The translations under genes were made by a program, and so were the position numbers. This document shows, in pieces, positions 48,500 through 59,956 of a DNA stretch of 64,000 nucleotides. The first letter of the stretch is position 1. Every line of letters starts with the position of its first letter. The stretch covers positions 352,001-416,000 of the forward strand of contig CBDFJR010000005.1 in assembly GCA_965248535.1 (NCBI GenBank), written 5' to 3'. The notes below the pieces were generated by a model. The model made no database searches, was not told where the DNA came from, and worked only from the letters and a program-made list of their open reading frames with translations. The DNA comes from Phormidesmis sp. (GTDB taxonomy: Bacteria > Cyanobacteriota > Cyanobacteriia > Leptolyngbyales > Leptolyngbyaceae).

Positions 48500-49090
48500 C
48501 TAGCTCTCACTGCTGAAGACTTCAGAAGCCACTTCTTCAGTCTCTTCATCGATCACCAGCGATTGAGTTACAAACGGCAGATGAGCGCCTGTCAGCCCTT
48601 TTTTGATGCGCTCAGGTGTTTCTTCAAAGACAACAAACAGCGGATAAATTTTGGCAGTGCCTTCGCTGAGAATGTGTTGATAGCGAGGAGGCATGACCCA
48701 CTCATAATCTTTGTCTAATAGAATCTGTGTGCGCCGCCAGCGACCCAAAAGGTCAGAGAAATCTTCTTCGGGCTGATGAATGAAGATCAGGATTTCACGC
48801 CCGGTCTTGATCTTCCATTCGGGGTCGCAGAGCACGATCGCCACCTCACAAGGCAACATCAGTGACTCAACGGTTGTAATCGTCATGGCCCCACTCGCTG
48901 ACGGAGATGAGTGACGAAGCTTAACGATCGGCAGCGGAATCGTAATCACGCTCTCTTCGGGCCTTCGCAGGCTGGGCAGCATCTCTAGATAAGCCCGATA
49001 GCGTTTGAGCAGCGCGATCGCTTCAGCCGATTGGCTATAAGCAGCTAGCAGTTCTTCGTAGTGAGACTTTTGAAGGGTCATAGTAAGCAT
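48500..49090 (-). CDS. Conserved cyanobacterial hypothetical protein
   Basis: YLEMLPSLRRP, CDPEWKIKTG and DLLGRWR motifs. Confidence 0.8.
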   Translation of the reverse strand: MLTMTLQKSHYEELLAAYSQSAEAIALLKRYRAYLEMLPSLRRPEESVITIPLPIVKLRHSSPSASGAMTITTVESLMLPCEVAIVLCDPEWKIKTGREILIFIHQPEEDFSDLLGRWRRTQILLDKDYEWVMPPRYQHILSEGTAKIYPLFVVFEETPERIKKGLTGAHLPFVTQSLVIDEETEEVASEVFSSES

Positions 49091-49168
49091 CTCTCATAAA
49101 AAAGTCAGAAGCTAGAATCCCACCTCGTCTAACTTCTGACCGGGCTGTGTTTAAAGGCTCTGAGCAGG

Positions 49169-50398
49169 TTAGCCAAGTTTCTCAAACACTTTGAACATGG
49201 GCAGATACATCGCCATCAGAATGCTGCCCACCATGCCACCCAAGAACAGAATCATGATCGGTTCCATAATGCTGGTCAGACCTTTGACCGCCTGTTCAAC
49301 TTCATCTTCATAAAAGTCAGCCACTTTCATCAGCATTTTGTCGAGTTCTCCGGTTTCTTCGCCAATGCTCATCATCTGAATGGCCATCGGTGGAAACACC
49401 TGCTCTTTTTGCAGCGCAATGCTGATCATCCCACCCGTCTGAATCTCTTTTCGGGCTTCGTCGATCGCGTTAGAAATCACCTGATTTCCGGCGGTGTCTC
49501 GCACAATCTCTAAGCAAGTCAAGATGGGCACACCAGAGCGAGTCAACGCACCAAACGTTCGGCAAAATCGAGCCGTAGCCGTTTTCTGAATCAAATCCCC
49601 AAACAGCGGCATTTTTAGAAAAAACCGATCCATCGTCTCTTGTCCTACTCGTGTTTTGTAGTATTGCTTATAGGCAAAAACAACTAGAGGAATCAGAACG
49701 ATCAAAATGATGACGTTAGGACTGCGAAGGAAAAGGCTAATGTTTAACATTGCCTGAGTAAAAGCAGGCAAATCGGTACCAATCTGCTGAAAGATGCCAG
49801 CGAAGATAGGAATTAAAAAGATGGTCATCGCCAGGAAAATAACGGTCGCAATCACCCCCACCACCACAGGATAGGTCATCGCTGACTTAATCTGGTTCTG
49901 CAATCGGGCAACATCTTCTAACAGTTTGGCTAAACGGTCTAACACCTCGTCTAACACCCCGCCGACTTCTCCCGCTTGCACCATGCTAGTGTAAAGCCCG
50001 TCAAAACATTGGGGATGTTTACGCATGGCCTCAGAAAGGTTGGTGCCCTGCTGCACATCGGCACTGATCTCCATCAGCGCTTTTTTGAGTTTTGGATTGG
50101 TGCACTGGTCAGCCAGCACGCCTAGACTCCGCACCATTGCTACCCCCGCATTGGTCAGCGCTGCAAACTGACGCGAAAACACTGCCTTGTCTTTAACCGA
50201 GACCTGAGCCGTTGCAGCTTGAAACTTTTTAACGTCAAAGAGGTTGTTAGGATCAAAGCCCTCGCTTTGTTTGAGTTCTTGAACAAACAGCCCTTGATCT
50301 CGCAGGGCCGATCGAGCCTCTCCTAAAGAATCAGCAATCACTTTTTCTTTCTTGGCATTTCCTTTGGCATCTCGGACGCGGGCGACGTAGGTAGGCAT
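49169..50398 (-). CDS. pilC: Type IV pilus platform protein PilC
   Basis: FSRQFA, AGEVGGVL and IGEETGELD motifs; two T2SSF repeats. Confidence 0.96.
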   Translation of the reverse strand: MPTYVARVRDAKGNAKKEKVIADSLGEARSALRDQGLFVQELKQSEGFDPNNLFDVKKFQAATAQVSVKDKAVFSRQFAALTNAGVAMVRSLGVLADQCTNPKLKKALMEISADVQQGTNLSEAMRKHPQCFDGLYTSMVQAGEVGGVLDEVLDRLAKLLEDVARLQNQIKSAMTYPVVVGVIATVIFLAMTIFLIPIFAGIFQQIGTDLPAFTQAMLNISLFLRSPNVIILIVLIPLVVFAYKQYYKTRVGQETMDRFFLKMPLFGDLIQKTATARFCRTFGALTRSGVPILTCLEIVRDTAGNQVISNAIDEARKEIQTGGMISIALQKEQVFPPMAIQMMSIGEETGELDKMLMKVADFYEDEVEQAVKGLTSIMEPIMILFLGGMVGSILMAMYLPMFKVFEKLG

Positions 50399-50663
50399 AG
50401 CTCAGAATCTAAATGAAGAATGAAACGCTGATCGGGAAATGGGCAGTCACAGTTTAAAAAACTAGGAGCAGGACTATCTCAGTATTATGCTCCTAGCATT
50501 CTAAAAGCAGCAAAGCAAATAGCTGATTTAATCTCAGGGTTAAAGAGCGTTTAGAGAACCCGATCGCCAAATTGACTGAACTGAAGGCTTGCACCCTTCT
50601 CTCCAAGCCTAGACTTTGCCCCACGATCGGAGAGGTTTCCCAAGAAAGGGTGCAAAGTCTGAA

Positions 50664-51773
50664 TTAACGTTTTGCGGCTCCTGCCACTGCGCCTGTGGGT
50701 GCGCTGCCGATCAGTCGTTGCAACTCATCTGGTCGCGAGGTTTTAGACATTGCTGCTTCAAACGTGATCTGTCCAGCTTTATAAAGATCTGCTAGCACTT
50801 TTTCTAGGGTTTGCATTCCTAGTTTTCCGCCCGTCTGAATGGAAGAGTAAATCTGGGCAGTCTTCCCTTCTCGAATCTGGTTTGAGATAGCAGGGGTGAT
50901 CACCATGAGTTCTTGCGCCATGATGCGTCCATACTCACCGGGTTTGGGGTTTTTCTTGGGCACCAGAGTTTGGCTAAAGACGGCCACGAGTGAGTTAGAA
51001 AGCTGCACTCTGACCTGGGTTTGCCGCTCTGCTGGAAACACATCAATCATCCGATCGACCGTTTGAGAAGCCGAACTGGTGTGAAGGGTGCCAAAAACCA
51101 GGTGACCTGTCTCAGCCGCCGAGATCGCCAGGGAGATGGTTTCTAGATCTCGCATTTCGCCGACCAGAATGATATCAGGGTCTTCTCGTAAAGCTGCTTT
51201 GAGGGCGTTTGCAAAGCTCTTAGTATCTTCGCCGAGTTGACGCTGGTGCACCAGACTCTTAACAGGCTCATACACAAACTCGATCGGGTCTTCAATGGTT
51301 AAAATATGCTCGGCTCGTGTGCGATTGATCAGGTCGATCATCGCGGCCAGCGTGGTCGTTTTACCAGAACCTGTTGGGCCCGTCACCAAAATCAAGCCTC
51401 TAGGCTTTTCCGACATTTCTCGCACGACATCAGGAAGCCCCAGTTTTTCAAAGTTAGGAATTTTAGAACTGAGTGCCCGTAAGCACGCCGCGTAGGTGCC
51501 CCGGTCTTTGTAGACGTTGACCCGGAAGCGGGCTAAACCCCGCACCCCATAGGAGCAGTCTAGCTCCCAATTTTGCTCTAGATTTTTGCGCTGGGTGTTG
51601 TTGAGCATACTGAAAATTAGGCGCTGACACTCCTCAGCATTGAGCACTTGGTCGCCAATGGGCTGAAGGTGTCCACTGATCCGAAAATAGGGAGGTAACC
51701 CGGCGGTCAGGTGCAAGTCAGACCCTCCCATCTCGATCAGTTGCTCCATCAGGTCTTCAATCATCAACTCCAT
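50664..51773 (-). CDS. pilT: Type IV pilus retraction ATPase PilT
   Basis: GPTGSGKTT, ALREDPDIILVGEMRD and AISNQIREGK motifs. Confidence 0.97.
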   Translation of the reverse strand: MELMIEDLMEQLIEMGGSDLHLTAGLPPYFRISGHLQPIGDQVLNAEECQRLIFSMLNNTQRKNLEQNWELDCSYGVRGLARFRVNVYKDRGTYAACLRALSSKIPNFEKLGLPDVVREMSEKPRGLILVTGPTGSGKTTTLAAMIDLINRTRAEHILTIEDPIEFVYEPVKSLVHQRQLGEDTKSFANALKAALREDPDIILVGEMRDLETISLAISAAETGHLVFGTLHTSSASQTVDRMIDVFPAERQTQVRVQLSNSLVAVFSQTLVPKKNPKPGEYGRIMAQELMVITPAISNQIREGKTAQIYSSIQTGGKLGMQTLEKVLADLYKAGQITFEAAMSKTSRPDELQRLIGSAPTGAVAGAAKR

Positions 51774-51889
51774 ACGGTTTGCTCCTTGGGTACTTGGGGA
51801 TGAATGTCTAGATCGGTTTTTGAAATTGAGTCTACCCCACGATCGCTGGGTCGCGATCGTGGGATCAGTGAGGTGCCAGCAGATAGCAA

Positions 51890-53884
51890 CTAGTCTTGGA
51901 ACCGTGAAGTCGTGCAGTATGGACAGTCTAACCACTCTTGCTGCATCTCTGCGCCGCAGCCTCGACAGGTCAGCGAGCTTTTGCGTTTGGCCCGCAATTC
52001 GGCTTCTAAACCAGTGTCGGTAAAGGTGACCCGTTCGATTTCTTCAAAGGTCGTCAAGCCTGTACGCACTAGATTGAGGCTATAGGAAAGCAAGGTTTGC
52101 ATCCCTTCTTCGACCGCCGTTTCTTTGATTCGTTCAGTGGGTGCCCCCTCCGTAATCAAGGTTTGAATTCGTTCGGTCACCTTCATCACTTCATAGACCC
52201 CCAAGCGCCCTTTATAACCGCCGCCACTGCATTTCTGACATAAGGTGCCGTTGGCTCTGGCTTGATGAATCTCCTGGGGTTGGAGTGTGTTGGCTTTAAA
52301 CAGCGTTAGCTGAGAGTCTCCCGCACTCGATAACCCAAACCGCGCCAGTTCTTCGGTCGAGGGCGTGTAGGGCTGTCTGCACTCATCACAAACTCGACGC
52401 ACAAGGCGTTGAGCCACGACTCCCAAGAGAGCACCTGACACCATAAAGGGTTCGACACCCATCTCATCCAGTCGAGCGATCGCGCCTGCTGCGTCATTGG
52501 TGTGCAAGGTGGTTAAAACCAGGTGCCCGGTGAGGGCGGCCTCGATCGCCGTCTTAGCAGTTTCGCGGTCACGGGTCTCACCGACGAGAATCACATCGGG
52601 ATCTTGCCGCAAGAAAGCCCGAAGCACGGCTGCAAAGTCCATGCCTTTTTCGCGCAGCACCTGCACCTGAGTCAACCCAGGCAGTGAATACTCGATCGGG
52701 TCTTCTACCGTGCTGATATTGACACCGGGATCGTTGCGTTCAGCCAGAGCCGAGTAGAGGGTGGTCGTTTTACCAGACCCGGTAGGGCCTGTGACCAACA
52801 GCAGCCCAAACGGACGACTGACCATTTCTTGAACGGTTTCTAGCGACACGCGATCGGTGATCAGCTTGTCTAAACCCAGTTGAGTCGCCGCGTTGTCCAA
52901 AATCCGCAAGACCACCTTTTCACCGTAACGGCTAGGAAGCGTATTGACTCGAAAGTCAACCTTGCGACCGTCATAGATGCGGCGAATGCGCCCGTCTTGA
53001 GGCACTCGTCTTTCTGCAATATCAAGCAGCGAAATAATTTTGAATCGCGCCGTGACAGCAGGAATAATCTTTTTGGGAAAGGGTTCAAACGCTTCTTGCA
53101 ACACGCCATCTTTGCGAAAGCGAACTCGCAAGACCTCTTCTTGTGGCTCAATATGAATATCTGACACGCCCATTTGCAGGGCTTTAATCAAAATTTTGTT
53201 CACTAAGGCAATGATGGGAGCCGCTTCTGCATCAGAGGCATCTAGATCTTCAGACGAGCTATCGTCAATGTCTTCACCCAGAGACTCTAAGCCTTCTAAG
53301 TCGGACTTGACATCGACTTTTGACTGCTGCTCCATTTGCTTTTGGAGTTCTAGAGCAGTGTCACGGTGTTGTGACATCAAGCGCTGATAGTCTTCTAATG
53401 TGATGACTAATCGCTGGAGGCTCAACCCTTTTGAGCGCAGAATCCGGTTTAGATCGTCTTGAGCGGCCAGGTTGTCGGGGTCAACCATGGCCACCAATAC
53501 AAAGGGTGGTTGAGCGTTGCTCTGGGCCAGGGGTAATAATTTATAGCGGCTACAGATCTCGATCGGGATCAGGGTATCGATCAACTGACTCATCTGATTG
53601 GCCGAGATTTCGCTGATCTCTGGGTCGAGAGACTCCACCCCGTAGAGAATCTTCAGTTCAAATAGCTGTTGCTTTTTATATTGGCGAAGCAGGTCTGGTG
53701 GAAGCGGCTGTCCCTTAATTCTCTCTAAGGCGGTGGCCAGAGACTCACCCGATCGGCGACTCTCAGCGAGGGCCTGGTTTAACTGCTCACTGTTGACAAA
53801 GCCAGACTGGATCAGCTTGTTTCCAAACGGAGAGGAATTGTTTTGGACAATCAGAGCGCGGCGCTGAGAAGAGGAGTTAGTCAT
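51890..53884 (-). CDS. pilB: Type IV pilus assembly ATPase PilB
   Basis: DIAERRVPQDGR, GPTGSGKTT, LRQDPD; cyanobacterial C-terminal CxxC..CxxC. Confidence 0.96.
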   Translation of the reverse strand: MTNSSSQRRALIVQNNSSPFGNKLIQSGFVNSEQLNQALAESRRSGESLATALERIKGQPLPPDLLRQYKKQQLFELKILYGVESLDPEISEISANQMSQLIDTLIPIEICSRYKLLPLAQSNAQPPFVLVAMVDPDNLAAQDDLNRILRSKGLSLQRLVITLEDYQRLMSQHRDTALELQKQMEQQSKVDVKSDLEGLESLGEDIDDSSSEDLDASDAEAAPIIALVNKILIKALQMGVSDIHIEPQEEVLRVRFRKDGVLQEAFEPFPKKIIPAVTARFKIISLLDIAERRVPQDGRIRRIYDGRKVDFRVNTLPSRYGEKVVLRILDNAATQLGLDKLITDRVSLETVQEMVSRPFGLLLVTGPTGSGKTTTLYSALAERNDPGVNISTVEDPIEYSLPGLTQVQVLREKGMDFAAVLRAFLRQDPDVILVGETRDRETAKTAIEAALTGHLVLTTLHTNDAAGAIARLDEMGVEPFMVSGALLGVVAQRLVRRVCDECRQPYTPSTEELARFGLSSAGDSQLTLFKANTLQPQEIHQARANGTLCQKCSGGGYKGRLGVYEVMKVTERIQTLITEGAPTERIKETAVEEGMQTLLSYSLNLVRTGLTTFEEIERVTFTDTGLEAELRAKRKSSLTCRGCGAEMQQEWLDCPYCTTSRFQD

Positions 53885-54323
53885 GATGGCTGAACGAAGA
53901 TCTCCTTGTAAAATGTTCCCAAAAAATTTAGAAAGACTCGTCAAATCTCTCACCGAAATTGCCGAAGCCAGGGAGGGGGCGTGGAATGCTCCATCAAACC
54001 TGAAGGTCTTAGTCGCCATTTGCTGATTGCACGGCGATCGCAATAGAGAAGTTGGTACAGATGATAGCGGTTGTCGATAGCTCTCGTCAGAGTTTTCTAG
54101 GACTATTTTGAGAAGATCCTTTTTTGGTGCCTGCATTTTAAGAGCCAGCAGTGACTTTGCCCCGATCGCTGTTAATGAAATTCAGTCAGAATGCTTTAGT
54201 CAGGATATGATCCATTACGTTTGATAGGTCGCAGAAGCCTGGCATCCTGTAAACGATGATTAGGTAGGATGAAAGGGAGCCTTGACTAAGGTAAGCGATC
54301 TTTAATGAGGGGATAAGCGCACG

Positions 54324-55025
54324 ATGATTGACGAAGAAAATCAGCTAGAAGAGGCTCAAGCCTCAGCAACGACTTCAGAAGGGGTGCCGATCGGCGGAGA
54401 TGAGACCGAGGTGCAAGCGTCTGATGTGCCGCTAGGAGCCGAGACTGCTCTCCCTGAGAATGCGGTAGAAGACGACACCGACTATGAAGCAGCGTTTATG
54501 GATCTGCGCTCAACCTTTGCAACTAAGGAACGAGAGTTAGAAGCTCTCAAGGCGCAGCTAGAAGACCGAAACAATCAATATCTGCGAATTGTGGCGGATT
54601 TTGAAAACTTCCGCAGACGAACTCAGAAGGAGAAAGAAGACTTAGAGCAACAGGTCAAGTGCTCTACGCTGAATGAGTTGCTGCCCGTGGTCGATAACTT
54701 TGAGCGGGCCCGATCGCACATCAAACCCCAAACCGATGGGGAAATGAACATTCACAAAAGTTATCAAAGTGTTTATAAGCAACTGGTGGATTGTCTCAAA
54801 CGGGTCGGGGTTGCGCCGATGCGATCGGATGGCAAGGAGTTTGACCCCAACCTCCATGAAGCCGTGATGCGAGAACCCACCAGCGAACATCCCGAAGGCA
54901 CGGTGATTGAGGAGCTAGTGCGGGGCTATATGCTGGGCGATCGCGTTTTACGACACGCTATGGTTAAAGTAGCCGCCCCACCCGAAAACGAGGGTGACTC
55001 GGCAACTGCCGAAGCGGCTGAGTGA
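54324..55025 (+). CDS. grpE: Nucleotide exchange factor GrpE
   Basis: ADFENFRRR, FDPNLHEAV and RVLRHAMVKV motifs. Confidence 0.97.
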   Translation: MIDEENQLEEAQASATTSEGVPIGGDETEVQASDVPLGAETALPENAVEDDTDYEAAFMDLRSTFATKERELEALKAQLEDRNNQYLRIVADFENFRRRTQKEKEDLEQQVKCSTLNELLPVVDNFERARSHIKPQTDGEMNIHKSYQSVYKQLVDCLKRVGVAPMRSDGKEFDPNLHEAVMREPTSEHPEGTVIEELVRGYMLGDRVLRHAMVKVAAPPENEGDSATAEAAE

Positions 55026-55281
55026 TCCCAACCTCCAAAGGTGGCGTTTTATTGCGGTCAGACAAAAGCCCGTGCTACGCTCAAAACCAAGTAATTTAAG
55101 GCTTGGTGTCTGTTTGATCTGCAGCTATTACGTTACAAATATTTGGGGATGGGGAATAATTCGGATTAAGCAACTGAGTGGGTGAATAACTTTCGTGAGT
55201 CATTACGAAAAACTCATGCTATCAGTGGCATCAATCTCTCAAGTCTGCATTCATCTCGCATAATCTTCACCGACGCTAGCT

Positions 55282-57246
55282 ATGGGAAAAGTCATTGGTA
55301 TCGACTTAGGCACGACCAACAGTTGCGTTGCTGTCTTAGAGGGCGGTCAGCCCGTTGTCATTTCTAACTCTGAGGGCGGCAGAACCACCCCTAGCATGGT
55401 TGGCTTTGGCAAAGCTGGCGATCGGTTGGTGGGTCAACTAGCCAAACGTCAGGCTGTCACAAATGCTGAAAACACGATTTTTAGCATCAAACGCTTTATT
55501 GGTCGCCGTTGGGACGATACCCAGACAGAGCGTTCTCGCGTTCCCTACAACTGTGTCAAGGGCAAAGATGACACCGTAGACGTGCAGATTCGGGGGCGAA
55601 ACTATACTCCTCAAGAAATCTCAGCCATGATTCTGCAAAAACTCAAGCAGGATGCTGAGAACTATTTAGGAGAGACGGTGACGCAAGCCGTGATCACAGT
55701 TCCCGCTTATTTTAGTGATGCTCAACGTCAAGCCACGAAAGACGCAGGCACGATCGCCGGTCTAGAAGTGCTGCGAATTATCAATGAACCGACGGCTGCT
55801 GCCCTGGCCTATGGTTTAGACAAGCAAGATCAAGAACAGTGCGTTCTCGTATTTGACTTGGGAGGTGGCACCTTCGACGTGTCAATTCTTCAGTTGGGAG
55901 ACGGCGTTTTTGAAGTCAAAGCTACCTCTGGCAACAACCACTTGGGCGGCGATGACTTTGACGACTGCATCGTGCAGTGGATGATTGAGGCGTTTCGCCA
56001 GCAAGAAACCATCGATCTCTCGGTAGATAAGATGGCCCTGCAACGTCTGCGAGAGGCCGCAGAAAAAGCCAAGATTGAGCTTTCTGGCACGTTGAGCACC
56101 TCTATAAATTTGCCGTTTATCACGGCTGATGACACGGGCCCCAAGCATTTAGAAACTGAGTTGACCCGCTCTAAATTTGAAGAGCTTGCCAGCACCTTGA
56201 TCCAAAACACGATCGAGCCGATGCGACAGGCGCTCAAAGACGCTGAGTTAACGATCGACGAAATCGATCGGATTATTTTGGTGGGCGGTTCCACGCGCAT
56301 CCCGGCTGTTCAAGATGCGTTGCGTAAATTCTTTAATGGCAAAGCGCCCGATCGCTCCATTAACCCTGACGAGGCCGTTGCCCTAGGCGCAGCCATCCAA
56401 GCTGGGGTGCTCGGTGGAGAAGTTAAAGATCTGCTGCTGCTGGATGTGACCCCCCTCTCTCTGGGAATCGAAACCTTGGGAGAAGTCTTCACCAGAGTGA
56501 TCGAGCGCAACACCACCATTCCCACGAGCAAAACTCAAGTCTTCTCGACGGCCACCGACGGACAAACCTCGGTTGAGATTCACGTCTTGCAGGGTGAGCG
56601 AGCGATGGCAAAAGACAACAAGAGTCTGGGCAAATTTCAACTGACGGGCATTCCACCCGCACCTCGCGGCGTTCCACAAATTGAGGTTGCCTTTGACATT
56701 GATGCCAACGGCATTCTCAAAGTTTCTGCCCGCGATAAGGGCACTAATCGTGAACAGAGCATCGAAATCTCGAATACTGGCGGCTTGAGCGGTAGTGAGA
56801 TTGAGCGCATGAAGCAAGAGGCAGAAGTCTTTGCCGAAGAAGATATTCGGCGGAAGCATCGCGTTGAGCTACGAAACAAGGCAGACAACTTGTTTTCTAG
56901 CTATGAGTCTACGATGCGAGACAATGGCGAGTTTATCAGCACTAGCCTGAAGGATCAGGCCAACGAAAAAGTCGCTGAACTGAAAACTGCGATCGCCGAC
57001 CCCAAAATCAGCATTGAGGATCTAACGCAAAAAGTGGATGCGCTGCAACAGATTTTGTTTGCGATCGGCGCTGCCGTCTATGGAGGTCTCAATCAAGACA
57101 GCGAAGACTTTGGCCAATCATCCAGCAACGGCGCTCCCAAGAAACCTGCTTCTAACAGCGATTTTGACTTTGATAACGACGCGACTATTCCAGCAGATTT
57201 TGCAAATGATGCTACGATTACGGCTGACTATGAAGCAGTAGATTAA
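55282..57246 (+). CDS. dnaK: Molecular chaperone DnaK
   Basis: [19 protein letters not shown] and VGGSTRIP motifs. Confidence 0.98.
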   Translation: MGKVIGIDLGTTNSCVAVLEGGQPVVISNSEGGRTTPSMVGFGKAGDRLVGQLAKRQAVTNAENTIFSIKRFIGRRWDDTQTERSRVPYNCVKGKDDTVDVQIRGRNYTPQEISAMILQKLKQDAENYLGETVTQAVITVPAYFSDAQRQATKDAGTIAGLEVLRIINEPTAAALAYGLDKQDQEQCVLVFDLGGGTFDVSILQLGDGVFEVKATSGNNHLGGDDFDDCIVQWMIEAFRQQETIDLSVDKMALQRLREAAEKAKIELSGTLSTSINLPFITADDTGPKHLETELTRSKFEELASTLIQNTIEPMRQALKDAELTIDEIDRIILVGGSTRIPAVQDALRKFFNGKAPDRSINPDEAVALGAAIQAGVLGGEVKDLLLLDVTPLSLGIETLGEVFTRVIERNTTIPTSKTQVFSTATDGQTSVEIHVLQGERAMAKDNKSLGKFQLTGIPPAPRGVPQIEVAFDIDANGILKVSARDKGTNREQSIEISNTGGLSGSEIERMKQEAEVFAEEDIRRKHRVELRNKADNLFSSYESTMRDNGEFISTSLKDQANEKVAELKTAIADPKISIEDLTQKVDALQQILFAIGAAVYGGLNQDSEDFGQSSSNGAPKKPASNSDFDFDNDATIPADFANDATITADYEAVD

Positions 57247-57437
57247 TCAAAACTATTCAGGTCTATTCGATCAAAGCCTTTGATTCACCAAAGTTTGTGA
57301 CCTCATCCTCATCCGTTCGCTAGATTTCTTGCATAAATGCTAGATTTAGGTCTGAAGCGTCGATTTTGACTTAGCCAAAATTGTGACTCGTGAGAAGTTT
57401 GAGAACCTAGCCCCCTCTACCCCTGACACAGCGTTCT

Positions 57438-58571
57438 ATGGCTCGTGACTATTATGAAGTTCTTGGTGTCGCTCGTGAAGCAGACAAGGAAGAAATTAAG
57501 CAAGCCTATCGCCGTTTAGCTCGCAAATATCACCCCGATGTCAATAAAGAGACGGGAGCCGAAGAGCGGTTTAAAGAAATTAATCTGGCTTATGAAGTGC
57601 TTTCAGAACCCGACAACCGCGCCCGCTACGATCGATTTGGCGAGGCAGGAGTTGGCTCGGCGGCGGGTGCTGGCTTTGATGTCGGCGACATGGGAGGCTT
57701 TGCAGACATCTTTGAAAGCTTCTTTAATGGCTTTTCGGGCGGTGCTCCTGGCGGTCAACAAACCGCTCGACGACGAGGCGGCCCCGTTAGAGGCGATGAC
57801 CTGCGGCTAGACCTGAAGCTCGATTTTCGGGAAGCTGTCTTTGGTGGCGAAAAAGAAATTCGCATCAGCCACTTAGAAACCTGCACGAACTGTACTGGCT
57901 CAGGCGCAAAGCCTGGAACCCGTCCCCGCACCTGTTCGACCTGTTCTGGGGCGGGGCAAGTTCGTCGAGCCACACGCACCCCTTTTGGCAGCTTTACTCA
58001 AGTCTCGGTCTGCCCAACCTGCAATGGAACGGGGCAGGTCGTTGAAGAAAAGTGTGAAGTTTGCGGCGGCGATGGGCAACGCCAAGAAACTAAGAAGCTC
58101 AAAATCACCATCCCGGCTGGGGTAGACAACGGCACTCGCCTGCGAGTTTCAGAGGCAGGTGACGCAGGGCAGCGCAATGGCCCGCCGGGCGATCTCTATG
58201 TCTATCTATTCATCAACGAAGATGCTGAGTTTCAGCGAGAGGGCATCAACATCTTGTCTGAGATCAAGGTGAGCTACCTGCAAGCAATTTTGGGGAGTCG
58301 TCTAGAGATCAACACTGTAGACGGCACCGAAGAGTTAACCGTTCCGCCCGGAACGCAGCCAGACACGGTTTTGACATTAGAAAGCCGAGGGGTGCCCAAG
58401 TTAGGAAACCCGGTGAGCCGAGGCGATCATCTGATTACGATTTCAGTCGATATCCCAGCCCGCATTAGCGTCGAAGAGCGAGAATTGCTGGAGAAACTGG
58501 CGAAAATTCGGGGCGATCGGGTCGGAAAAGGCGGAATTGAAGGGTTTTTCGGTAAGGTGTTTGGCGGATGA
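57438..58571 (+). CDS. dnaJ: Molecular chaperone DnaJ
   Basis: HPD J-domain and four CxxCxGxG repeats. Confidence 0.98.
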   Translation: MARDYYEVLGVAREADKEEIKQAYRRLARKYHPDVNKETGAEERFKEINLAYEVLSEPDNRARYDRFGEAGVGSAAGAGFDVGDMGGFADIFESFFNGFSGGAPGGQQTARRRGGPVRGDDLRLDLKLDFREAVFGGEKEIRISHLETCTNCTGSGAKPGTRPRTCSTCSGAGQVRRATRTPFGSFTQVSVCPTCNGTGQVVEEKCEVCGGDGQRQETKKLKITIPAGVDNGTRLRVSEAGDAGQRNGPPGDLYVYLFINEDAEFQREGINILSEIKVSYLQAILGSRLEINTVDGTEELTVPPGTQPDTVLTLESRGVPKLGNPVSRGDHLITISVDIPARISVEERELLEKLAKIRGDRVGKGGIEGFFGKVFGG

Positions 58572-58804
58572 GTAGCTCTGATTCTCTGACCATGCCGATG
58601 GATCTGCGGGGCACCCCTTGCCCGATTAACTTTGTTCGCACTAAACTGCGTCTAGAGCAGATGCAGCCCGGTTCTTTGCTAGAAGTTTGGCTTGACCCAG
58701 GAGAGCCGATCGAGCAGGTGCCCGACAGTTTGACGATGGAAGGATATCGCGTTGAGGCGATCGAAGAGCGATCGGGGTTCTTTGCGGTGAAAGTCCGGTG
58801 CTAG
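58568..58804 (+). CDS. TusA/SirA family sulfurtransferase-like protein
   Basis: [16 protein letters not shown] motif. Confidence 0.9.
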   Translation: MSSSDSLTMPMDLRGTPCPINFVRTKLRLEQMQPGSLLEVWLDPGEPIEQVPDSLTMEGYRVEAIEERSGFFAVKVRC

Positions 58805-58823
58805 TCTCGAAAGGCTCTTGATT

Positions 58824-59951
58824 ATGAGTTCTGAGTCAGAATTAACCTGCGGGTCTGATGAGATCAATTCTTTGCCGAAGTCAGCACCTCTTTTGGGCAA
58901 GGTCTTAGCGGTTCAAGCAAATTATTATTGGGTGCGGCTAGAGGGTAAGCAGCCGAAACTGATGCTGTTGTGCACTCGGCGATCGCTCTTAAAAAAGATT
59001 GGTCAACGGGTGATGGTGGGCGATCGGGTGCGCGTTGAGGAGCCAGATTGGACTCAAGGAAGTGGGGCGATCGCCGAGATTTTTCCTCGGCGTTCTGAAT
59101 TAGATCGCCCGCCGATCGCTAATGCCGATCAAATTCTTTTAGTCTTCGCGCTGGCAGAACCCCCGATCGAGCCTTATCAACTCAGCAGATTTCTCATCAA
59201 GGCTGAATCAACTGGCTCAGAGGTCTGTCTTTGCTTGAGTAAGAGCGACCTCGCAACGTTAGAAGAGCGGCACCATTGGTCAGAGCGATTAGCAGCCTGG
59301 GGCTACAGACCGCTTTTTATCAGCGTGCGTCAGAGCAGGGGTCTGGCAGAGATTAACGATCGCCTCAGTCAAAAAATTACCGTGGTCGCTGGCCCGTCAG
59401 GGGTAGGCAAGTCGAGTCTGATCAATCAACTGATTCCCGCTGCAAATTTGCGAACGGCGGCAGTGTCGGGCAAACTGGCAAAGGGTCGCCACACCACGCG
59501 CCATACAGAGCTATTTGAGTTGCCCTTGGGCGGGCTGCTAGCCGATACGCCTGGGTTTAATCAGCCGGATCTAGACCGCTCTCCAGAAGATTTGGCGGGC
59601 TATTTTCCAGAAATTCGGCAGAGATTAGCAGAGGCAAGATGTCAGTTTAATGATTGTATGCACCGCGATGAGCCAGGGTGTGTGGTGCGGGGAGAATGGG
59701 AGCGCTATGAGCACTATCTGACGTTTTTAGGAGAAGCGATCGTCTTTCAAGCTCATCTCAATCAGCAGTCTGACCCCGATGCCATGATGAAGCTCAAAAG
59801 CAAAAAGGGTGAAGCACAATACGAACCTAGACTGGACACGAAAAAATATCGCCAAGAGTCACGGCGAACTCGTCAACAGTCACTGCAATCGCTCAAACAT
59901 GATATCGATCGGCTGATGAAAAGCGATGAAGATGAGAATGGTGTGAATTAG
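58824..59951 (+). CDS. rsgA: Small ribosomal subunit biogenesis GTPase RsgA
   Basis: GPSGVGKSS, GRHTT, DTPG and CQFNDCMHRDEPGC motifs. Confidence 0.96.
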   Translation: MSSESELTCGSDEINSLPKSAPLLGKVLAVQANYYWVRLEGKQPKLMLLCTRRSLLKKIGQRVMVGDRVRVEEPDWTQGSGAIAEIFPRRSELDRPPIANADQILLVFALAEPPIEPYQLSRFLIKAESTGSEVCLCLSKSDLATLEERHHWSERLAAWGYRPLFISVRQSRGLAEINDRLSQKITVVAGPSGVGKSSLINQLIPAANLRTAAVSGKLAKGRHTTRHTELFELPLGGLLADTPGFNQPDLDRSPEDLAGYFPEIRQRLAEARCQFNDCMHRDEPGCVVRGEWERYEHYLTFLGEAIVFQAHLNQQSDPDAMMKLKSKKGEAQYEPRLDTKKYRQESRRTRQQSLQSLKHDIDRLMKSDEDENGVN

Positions 59952-59956
59952 TTTCG

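Noticed and set aside
54136..54324. CIRCE element upstream of grpE-dnaK-dnaJ
   Set aside because: TTAGCACTC-N9-GAGTGCTAA is not present.
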